From a virus (taxonomy: Duplodnaviria > Heunggongvirae > Uroviricota > Caudoviricetes), in the IMG/VR virus record IMGVR_UViG_2909309443_000009: a stretch of DNA of 26,385 bases; one strand, 5' to 3'. Shown here piece by piece: positions 1 through 8,900 of this stretch. Within the stretch, counting starts at the first letter, position 1, and the number at the start of each line of letters is the position of its first letter. The notes under the pieces were generated by a model, which was not told where the DNA came from, made no database searches, and worked only from the letters and a program-made list of their open reading frames with translations. The translations under genes and the position numbers were made by a program.

Positions 1-753
1 TCAGATTCCCTGGTGAGTAAGAATTTTACTTTCTGAACTCCTCTGAGAGTATTGACTTGGAGAAACACCAAAATAACGTCTAAATACATAAGTAAAGTAT
101 GAGACACTGGCATAACCACAGACCTTAGCTACTTTACTAATAGGATAACAACGAGTGCTGAGTAAATATTCAGCCATTTGCATCCTCTCATCAAGTATGA
201 TCTTACTGAATGATACCCCCTCTTCTTTCAATTTCCTCTTTAGTAAACTTTCGCTGAGATATAATCTTGATGATATATCCTTAAGACGCCATGGTGCAGA
301 TAAATCCGTATGAATAATCGTTTTAACTTTAGCCCCTGTGCTTTTCAAACATCCAAACAGAAATACTCCAAATTGTTTTTCAGAAGAAAATGCAGAGAGA
401 CATGTAAAAGCAATAGACTCATCAAAAATTTCTATGTATTCAGCACAGTGATTAGCCCAACTAATTAATCCTTTAATTAAACTGAAGTCAGCAAAGTTTA
501 TTTTTAAATAAGATGGATATTCCCTACAATCAGAAATATCCCTTAAGTTATTAGCTTTCAAATAGCGACTAATAAACTCAGCGCCAAAATCCGCCACTAT
601 CACTCTTTCAGGATATGTCAGGAAAAAATCTCTAGAGCTAGAGTCGACAAGTACAGATGAACCTCTCTCCAGAAACACAATCTCTTTTCCTAAATAAACA
701 TCAAAGGACTCCAAAATCAATATAACTGAACATGTAGTTGCCATATCATCCAC
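1..753 (-). CDS. AraC/XylS-family transcriptional regulator (AT-rich, island-type)
   Basis: 250-aa ORF; C-terminal AraC-type HTH signature (KVAKVCGYASVSYFTYVFRRYFGVSPSQY); stop codon at window positions 1-3; markedly AT-rich codon usage. Confidence 0.7.
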   Translation of the reverse strand: MDDMATTCSVILILESFDVYLGKEIVFLERGSSVLVDSSSRDFFLTYPERVIVADFGAEFISRYLKANNLRDISDCREYPSYLKINFADFSLIKGLISWANHCAEYIEIFDESIAFTCLSAFSSEKQFGVFLFGCLKSTGAKVKTIIHTDLSAPWRLKDISSRLYLSESLLKRKLKEEGVSFSKIILDERMQMAEYLLSTRCYPISKVAKVCGYASVSYFTYVFRRYFGVSPSQYSQRSSESKILTHQGI

Positions 754-1328
754 CCAATTTAACTGAAACTAGGATGAAGTATATGCATATAAAGTTCACT
801 TTGCCAAACTTCAGTATAAAAAACCACATAAAAAATAGGGTGTGATAAAAAATACCGTAACAATAAAGCAAAGGATTATAAATTCCGTTACAGTTACAAA
901 TGATACTCAAGAAACAATTCCTTAGGAAAAACTTATTTACAGCCAATAAGTAAGACACTTATATGATATCAAGTTTTCATAAAACATAACTAGGCTAAAT
1001 AGCTTCGCCTAATACCGCTACACTTTTGCCAGCCCATGTTTGCCTCCGGGTATTGACCCCTTCTCTACGCAACTTCAGTTCCCACCACCAACTTTGCGGC
1101 AGCTTTGTAGGATCAATGTCTAAAAGAATAATGGTGACCGATAAGAAAACGACTGAATAACTGCAGATTTTCGCTCGAAACCTTCCTGTCAGATCCATAG
1201 CGAATCAAGTGCTGAATGTCACAGTATCGAACAGAAAACAGTGACGATCTAACCCTTCAAGAATATTCTACGATTGTTCTGTTTAGGAAAAGCAAGGCGG
1301 GAAGTCGGGAGATAAGTCATTGATAAAG

Positions 1329-1394
1329 TGGCGGAGAGAGGGGGATTTGAACCCCCGGTAGAGTTGCCCCTACTCCGGTTTTCGAGACCGGTCC
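1329..1394 (-). other. 3' fragment (about 66 nt) of a tRNA-Ser gene, anticodon CGA (serU-like); att-site remnant, not an intact tRNA
   Basis: Minus-strand sense reads GGACCGGTCTCGAAAACCGG (anticodon stem-loop, CGA) + long variable arm + T-arm GGGGGTTCAAATCCCCC + CTCTCCGCCA; the 5' acceptor/D-arm is absent and sequence diverges after 1394. Confidence 0.75.
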
Positions 1395-1475
1395 AATCAT
1401 AAAACGAAACATAAAATTAATTCACATTATGAGGAAAAAGTATCTTTTTTGTACTATGTAAATTCAAAGACTTAG

Positions 1476-2345
<870 letters not shown>

Positions 2346-2438
2346 GTCTTTAAGTGATAAGCATAAACCGCAGCACGATCTTGCATACGACGTGCTACGG
2401 TTTCATTTATCTCCGACTGGAAACTTCTTATACAAAGA

Positions 2439-2957
2439 CTATACGCCAACATCATAAATGATCGCCACCTTCTGGCGAGGAACTCCTGATGCAATTAATC
2501 GTCCGGCTTGTGCCCATTGTTCTGGTGTAAGTTTGGGACGACGTCCACCAATTCGTCCCTGTGCGCGAGCAGCTTCCAGTCCAGCTTTTGTTCGTTCAAC
2601 AATCAGTTCTCGTTCCATTTCAGCCAGGGCACCCATCACATGAAAGAAAAAACGCCCCATCGGCGTGCTGGTATCAATAGCATCCGTCAGGCTGCGAAAA
2701 TTAACGCCACGTTCGCGCAACTCCTCAACCAGAATGACCAGATGCCGCATACTACGCCCCAGCCGATCCAGCTTCCAGACAACCAGAGTGTCACCTGCCG
2801 ATAATGTCCTGAGCAGTTTTTTCAGTCCCAGCCTTTCGGACTTTGTACCGCTTATCTTGTCTTCAAAAATCAGCTCGCATCCTGCACAGTTCAGCGCATT
2901 ACGTTGTAGATCTGTGTTCTGGTCATTTGTTGACACACGTACATAGCCAATAAGCAT
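2439..2957 (-). CDS. pin: Pin/Gin/Hin-family serine DNA invertase, inverted second copy, C-terminally truncated (ends ...IIYDVGV)
   Basis: MLIGYVRVSTNDQ... resolvase/invertase catalytic domain; near-identical to 4835-5389 but lacks the last ~12 residues of the HTH; lies in a ~600-bp inverted repeat. Confidence 0.7.
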   Translation of the reverse strand: MLIGYVRVSTNDQNTDLQRNALNCAGCELIFEDKISGTKSERLGLKKLLRTLSAGDTLVVWKLDRLGRSMRHLVILVEELRERGVNFRSLTDAIDTSTPMGRFFFHVMGALAEMERELIVERTKAGLEAARAQGRIGGRRPKLTPEQWAQAGRLIASGVPRQKVAIIYDVGV

Positions 2958-2983
2958 GGTAGATCTCCCTGACAAAAGCAGGA

Positions 2984-3271
2984 ATGATGCCATTTGCTCG
3001 TTATTTCTGCATTTTCATAAATGTTGGTTTGGGAGAAGGTGCTCCAGCTATTGGCGTTCCGTTCTTCTGGCCGTCCGCTGCAATGCCAAATACTGTAATC
3101 GACAGCTGGTCCAGTATGGTGTTTTTGAAGTTCAACGGCGCGAAATTCTCTGCCACTGATTATCCTGTGCTGGCGAAAGTGTTTCCTTCGCTGGTATTAC
3201 CTGAAGCCCGCGGTGATTTCATTCGTATCTGGATGACGGGCGAGGTGCAGACGGTGGTCGCGAATTATTAA
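2984..3271 (+). CDS. Orphan tail-fibre C-terminal variable cassette (Sv-like) reading through the left crossover site
   Basis: ORF begins MMPFARYFCIFINVGLGEG across the crossover site, then a unique C-terminal cassette; no upstream constant tail-fibre region exists. Confidence 0.45.
   Translation: MMPFARYFCIFINVGLGEGAPAIGVPFFWPSAAMPNTVIDSWSSMVFLKFNGAKFSATDYPVLAKVFPSLVLPEARGDFIRIWMTGEVQTVVANY
3012..3037. repeat. pix/gix/hix-like 26-bp invertase crossover site (left)
   Basis: TTTTCATAAATGTTGGTTTGGGAGAA, reverse complement resembles hix/gix consensus TTnTCnAAACC..GGTTT..GAnAA; inverted partner at 4755-4780. Confidence 0.6.
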
Positions 3272-3479
3272 GCTGGCAGGCAGCTACAAACTTTTCTCAG
3301 TTTGCCGGGAATATAGGCGAAGGTGCGGGACACGCAATTAACTTTCATGATGGCATCGCCGGAAATCAGCCAGGATTTTCACGATTTAATTTCACCAGTA
3401 ACTCTGTGGGTGATGGTGTGAATTTTGTTGCTGTCAGACCGCGAAATATTGCATTTAACTTTCTGGTGAGGGCTAAATA

Positions 3480-4073
3480 ATGAAACCTGTTTTTGATGAA
3501 AATGGGCTGGCTACAGTGCCGGGCGATATGCGTTGTTTTTATTATGATGCTGAAACATCTGAGTATACGGGCTGGTCTGATGAATATATTAATACTGGCG
3601 TAAGTATGCCCGCCTGTTCCACTGGTATTGACCCTGGCGAAAACATTCCGGGAAGAGTGGCAGTATTTACAGGTAAGGGATGGCGCCATGAAGAAGACCA
3701 TCGCAATGAGACTGTTTACTTAATCGAAAATGGCGCAGCTGTTACAGTGGATTATATCGGTGCCATCAAAGACGGTTATGTCACGATTTCACCGTTAACG
3801 CCATACGATAAATGGGATGGTGAGAAATGGGTGACAGACACTGAGGCACAACACAGTGCCGCAGTAGACGCGGCAGAAGCACAGCGCCAGTCACTGATTG
3901 ATGCAGCAATGGCTTCCATTAGTCTGATTCAGCTGAAATTACAGGCCGGACGGAAACTGACTCAGGCAGAAACAACCCGACTTAACGCCGTGCTGGATTA
4001 CATTGACGCGGTGACGGCAACAGATACCAGCACCGCGCCGGATATCATCTGGCCTGAACTGCCGGAGGCGTAG
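3480..4073 (+). CDS. Tail fibre assembly protein (Tfa/U-like)
   Basis: 197-aa ORF with RBS GAGGG; Tfa-like N-terminus and C-terminal region; position directly after the tail-fibre cassette inside the invertible segment. Confidence 0.65.
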   Translation: MKPVFDENGLATVPGDMRCFYYDAETSEYTGWSDEYINTGVSMPACSTGIDPGENIPGRVAVFTGKGWRHEEDHRNETVYLIENGAAVTVDYIGAIKDGYVTISPLTPYDKWDGEKWVTDTEAQHSAAVDAAEAQRQSLIDAAMASISLIQLKLQAGRKLTQAETTRLNAVLDYIDAVTATDTSTAPDIIWPELPEA

Positions 4074-4259
4074 GCCATTCAATATCGGGTGCTGTTGACG
4101 TATCAACACGCATCAGCAGCACACGGTATTTCTTCCATTGGGTGAGAGTTGTAGCTTCTTCATCAGTTGCGATATCAGCATCAACAGCATCCTGACGCCA
4201 GGATATTTCACTGTCAGCTTTTTCCCGTAATTGGGATTTTTTAACTTCAGCAATAGCTA

Positions 4260-4472
4260 TTAATTCCTTTTGGTCGGCTGAGGAATATCTATCAGTGCTG
4301 GTTTTCCATTCAGTGTTCCAATCTGTTTTCCTGGTGGAATATCCATAAATAACTTCTTATGTTCTTCCTCACTGACTATTACACCATCATCAGGCCACAG
4401 ACCTGATGCCTCAAATTTTTCTTTCTCCGATATGGGGAAAAAGCCATTTGCTTTAGCGCTCCATACGTACAT
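4260..4472 (-). CDS. Tail fibre assembly protein, alternative copy, truncated (70 aa)
   Basis: Tfa-like N-terminus (MYVWSAKANGFFPI...) on the opposite strand, convergent with 3480-4073; premature stop suggests a decayed gene. Confidence 0.4.
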   Translation of the reverse strand: MYVWSAKANGFFPISEKEKFEASGLWPDDGVIVSEEEHKKLFMDIPPGKQIGTLNGKPALIDIPQPTKRN

Positions 4473-4487
4473 ATCAATACCCCACCG

Positions 4488-4808
4488 CTATAATGTCCAC
4501 ATTAAATCCCCGGGACCTGCCTGCCAGATGCTGGCCCCTGTTAATGATTTTGTTTGATGAACAACCGCCACATTTGCTGGCGATTGTGTTTCAGTTGTTA
4601 CAGTACCGATATCATTCCAGTTAATTGAGATGGAATAGTTCGTTGTTGTAAACGACCGGGGGAAAGTTATGTGTCTTACATTGGTGCCGACAGGAAATCC
4701 AAGATAAACACGCTGAATTATCATTCCTCCAGGTAACATAACCCAGTTAGCACCTTCTCCAAAACCAAGGTTTATGAAAATGCAGAAATAACGAGCAAAT
4801 GGCATCAT
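4488..4808 (-). CDS. Orphan alternative tail-fibre C-terminal cassette (Sv'-like) reading through the right crossover site
   Basis: Begins with the same MMPFARYFCIFIN junction peptide as 2984-3271, then a different C-terminal cassette. Confidence 0.45.
   Translation of the reverse strand: MMPFARYFCIFINLGFGEGANWVMLPGGMIIQRVYLGFPVGTNVRHITFPRSFTTTNYSISINWNDIGTVTTETQSPANVAVVHQTKSLTGASIWQAGPGDLMWTL
4755..4780. repeat. pix/gix/hix-like 26-bp invertase crossover site (right)
   Basis: TTCTCCAAAACCAAGGTTTATGAAAA; compare hixL TTCTTGAAAACCAAGGTTTTTGATAA; ~55 bp upstream of pin. Confidence 0.65.
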
Positions 4809-4834
4809 TCCTGCTTTTACCTGGGGGATCTACC

Positions 4835-5389
4835 ATGCTTATTGGCTATGTTCGCGTATCAACAAATGACCAGAACACCGATCTACAACGTAATGCGTTG
4901 AACTGTGTAGGATGTGAACTGATTTTTGAAGACAAGATAAGCGGTACGAAGTCCGAAAGACCGGGACTGAAAAAACTGCTCAGGACATTATCGGCAGGTG
5001 ACACTCTGGTGGTCTGGAAACTGGATCGGCTGGGGCGTAGTATGCGGCATCTGGTCATTCTGGTTGAGGAGTTGCGCGAACGTGGCGTTAATTTTCGCAG
5101 CCTGACGGATGCTATTGATACCAGCACACCGATGGGGCGTTTTTTCTTTCATGTGATGGGTGCCCTGGCTGAAATGGAACGAGAACTGATTGTTGAACGA
5201 ACAAAAGCTGGACTGGAAGCTGCTCGCGCACAGGGACGAATTGGGGGACGTCGTCCCAAACTTACACCAGAACAATGGGCGCAGGCCGGGCGATTAATTG
5301 CATCAGGCGTTCCTCGCCAGAAGGTGGCGATCATCTATGATGTTGGTATATCGACACTGTATAAGAAGTTTCCGGTCGGAGATAAATGA
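4835..5389 (+). CDS. pin: Pin/Gin/Hin-family serine DNA invertase (full length)
   Basis: 184 aa from MLIGYVRVSTNDQNTDLQRNAL...; complete C-terminal HTH (...VAIIYDVGISTLYKKFPVGDK); RBS GGGGGA upstream. Confidence 0.85.
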   Translation: MLIGYVRVSTNDQNTDLQRNALNCVGCELIFEDKISGTKSERPGLKKLLRTLSAGDTLVVWKLDRLGRSMRHLVILVEELRERGVNFRSLTDAIDTSTPMGRFFFHVMGALAEMERELIVERTKAGLEAARAQGRIGGRRPKLTPEQWAQAGRLIASGVPRQKVAIIYDVGISTLYKKFPVGDK

Positions 5390-5860
5390 AACCGTAGCAT
5401 GTCGTATGCAAGATTGTGCGCGGTTGGCTGGTGAACTTTCGATAGTGCGAGTATTGAATGATTTCCAGCCGTTATCGATTTTATGTATTTTTTGCATGAG
5501 AGGATTTCCATCACCTCCCACCGGCCATCTATGACTTTACGCCACTGTCCCTAGGACTACTATGTACTAGGAGCGGATGTTAAACTCAGACTCGTTTCAG
5601 CTACATTGCGTTTTGAATAATATTCCATCATAATAACTCTTTGAAAAATGTAACCTTTTCATTTATAACACTTATGACTTACTTATCTCATTGGGATATC
5701 GGAGGCGAATACTTAACTATGACAAGCCCGATTATTATGACGCTGGCGATATTATATAGATTGATATTAAAATGTAGGATTAGGTTCTTGCCAAGGTGTC
5801 AAGATTTACAGATAGGTTTAAAACCATATAAATATGTTTTACGGTGAGATGTAATAATTA

Positions 5861-5888
5861 TTGGAAAGCATAAACGCTTGGTAAAAAT
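5861..5888 (+). promoter_or_regulatory. Candidate sigma70 promoter for the large NTPase gene
   Basis: TTGGAA - 16 bp - TAAAAA about 25 bp upstream of the RBS GGGAGAAG; by-eye call only. Confidence 0.25.
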
Positions 5889-5911
5889 TTAATTGTTGGG
5901 AGAAGCTAATC

Positions 5912-8900
5912 ATGGAACCCATATCAATTACAGTGGCAACTTATGTAGCAACTAAACTTATTGATCAATTCATTTCTCAAGAAGGATATAGTTGGATTAA
6001 GAAAGCATTATTCCCCACAGAAAAATATGTGGATAGATTATATCAACTAATTGAAGAGACGGCAATTGAGTTTGAAGAAACATATCCAGTAGAAAGTGGA
6101 GCAATTCCATTTTATCATTCTAAACCATTGTTTGAGATGTTGAATGAGTACATCCTTTTTAAAGAGTTCCCTGACAAAGAGATGTTATTAGACAAGTTCA
6201 AAGAATATCCAAGCGTCACTCCCCCAACTCAACAACAACTCAGCCTTTTTTATGGGATGTTATCATTAAAAATCAATAATTGTTCGAAGTTAAAAAAGCT
6301 ACATATCGAAGAAACGTATAAAGAAAAAATATTCGATATTAATGAAGAGCTCATTCAAGTCAAACTTATTTTACGGTCTATAGATGAGAAACTAACTTTT
6401 CACTTAAGTGATGATTGGTTAAATGAAAAAAATAGTCAAGCAATAGCTGACTTGGGAGGTCGATACACACCCGAACTCAACGTAAAGCTAGAAATAGCAG
6501 AGATATTTGATGGCCTCGGTAGAACTAATGATTTTTCTAAAATATTTTATTCGCATATAGATAGCTTTCTGGTCGCTGGAAAGAAATTACATAGTTGCGA
6601 TGTAATTTCCTCAGAATTATTTGAAATAAACCAGTCCTTAAAAGAAATTTCTGATATATATCAGGAGATTAATTTTTCTAAATTAGATGAAATCCCTATA
6701 AATAAATTTAATAACTATGTTTCTAGCTGCCAGACAGCTATTGGCGGAGCGGTATCAATATTGTGGGAACTCCGAGAAAAGTCAGAGCAAGTAGGTGAAA
6801 CCAAGCATTACAGTGATAAGTATTCATCTACTCTGCGAATGCTTCGGGAATTTGACTATGCGTGCAATGAATTACGTATATTCATTAATTCAACAACAGT
6901 GAAGTTGGCTAACAACCCATTCTTACTTCTCGAAGGAAAAGCAGGAATTGGTAAGTCTCATTTACTGGCTGATGTGATTAAAAATCGAATTGCTTCTGGG
7001 TATCCTTCACTACTCATACTAGGGCAACAACTTACTTCAGATGAATCTCCATGGTCACAAATCTTCAAGAGATTACAGCTTAAAATCACTTCTCGTGAAT
7101 TCCTAGAAAAACTGAATTTATATGGCAAAAAAACAGGAAAAAGAGTCTTAGTTTTTATTGATGCTATTAATGAAGGTAATGGAAATAAATTCTGGAATGA
7201 CAATATTAACAGTTTTGTCGATGAAATCAGATGCTTTGAATGGCTTGGTCTGATAATGTCAGTCAGAACAACATATAGAAATGTAACAATTTCACATGAG
7301 AATGTTGTGCGAAATAATTTTGAAATTCATGAACATATTGGATTCCAGAACGTTGAGTTGGAAGCGGTTAGTCTATTTTATGATTATTACAATATTGAGA
7401 GGCCTTCATCTCCTAACCTTAATCCAGAGTTTAAAAATCCTCTATTTCTTAAGTTATTGTGTGAAGGCATTAAGAAAAATGGTTTAACCAAAGTGCCTGT
7501 TGGATTTAATGGGATTTCAAATATTTTTAACTTTTTAGTTGAAGGGGTAAATAAATCATTAGCATCGCCAAAAAAATATGCATTCGATCCCAGTTTTCCT
7601 CTTGTTAAAGATGCTCTCAATGAAATCATAAAATTCAAATTAGAGATTGGTCGTAATAGTATTTCACTTAAAGATGCTCACTCAGTGGTTCAATCTGTAG
7701 TTAATGATTATGTTGCTGATAAAACCTTCCTCAGCGCCTTGATTGACGAAGGATTATTGACTAAAGGCATAGTGAGAAATGATGATAATTCTACTGAGGA
7801 AGTAGTTTATGTGGCTTTTGAAAGGTTTGATGATCATTTAACTGTTAATTTTTTATTAAATGATGTTGAAAATATCGAAAGTGAATTTAAGCCTGATGGT
7901 CGTCTGAAAAAATATTTTCATGATGAATGTGATTTTTATATAAAATCGGGAATAGTAGAGGCGTTGTCTATTCAATTGCCAGAAAGGTATGAAAAAGAGC
8001 TTTATGAATTTCTGCCGGAGTTCAGCAATAATCTTAAATTACTAGAAGCCTTTATTGATAGCTTGATATGGCGCGATATTAAGGCTATTTATTTCGAAAA
8101 AATTAGACCTTTCATCAATGAACATGTTTTTAAATTTAAAGATAGTTTTGATCATTTCCTCGAGGCAGTGATCTCTATTTCAGGTTTAGTTGGCCATCCC
8201 TTTAATGCTAATTTCTTGCATGATTGGCTAAAAGATTATTCTTTGGCAAATCGAGATTCGTTTTGGACTACAGAACTTAAATATAAATATAGTGAAGACT
8301 CAGCATTTAGGCATCTAATCGATTGGGCATGGGCCAGAACAGATAAAAGCTTTGTTTCGGATGAGTCAATCGAGCTAGTTGCAACTAGTTTATGCTGGTT
8401 TTTAACTTCTAGTAACCGAGAACTTCGAGATTGCTCAACTAAGGCTTTAGTGAGTTTACTCGAGCCAAGAATTCCTGTATTGAGAAAAATAATTGATAAG
8501 TTTTATGGTGTAAATGATCCTTACGTTTGGGAAAGAATATTTGCAGTTGCATTAGGCTGTACATTGCGAACTGATAATATTAAAGAACTAAAATATTTAG
8601 CCGAAACTGTTTACCAAAAGGTATTTTGTTCTAAGTATGTGTATCCAAATATATTACTTAGAGATTATGCTAGAGAGATTATTGAATTTGCTAATCATCT
8701 TGGATTGGAACTTGAAAGCATTGAATTATCCAAGACTAGACCACCCTACAACAGCATTTGGCCTGACAAGATTCCTTCAAAAGAGGAACTAGAGTCCCTT
8801 TATGATAAAGAACCTTATCGGGAACTCTGGAGCTCTATTATGGAAGATGGTGACTTTTCACGATATACTATTGGAACAAATTATAATCATTCTGATTGGT

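Noticed and set aside
746-1198. ORFs 746-958 and 995-1198 (-) between the AraC gene and the tRNA fragment
   Set aside because: No RBS or motifs and low-complexity translations; likely intergenic.
2458-2946. ORFs 2458-2643, 2508-2804 and 2665-2946 (+), mirrored by 4846-5127, 4988-5275 and 5149-5334 (-)
   Set aside because: All lie antisense to the two pin genes; their duplication simply reflects the inverted repeat, and the translations are low-complexity.
2984-4808. Interpreting the two cassettes as complete, expressible tail-fibre genes
   Set aside because: Each ORF starts only 9 codons before the crossover site inside the pin upstream region; the several-hundred-residue constant N-terminal tail-fibre part is absent.
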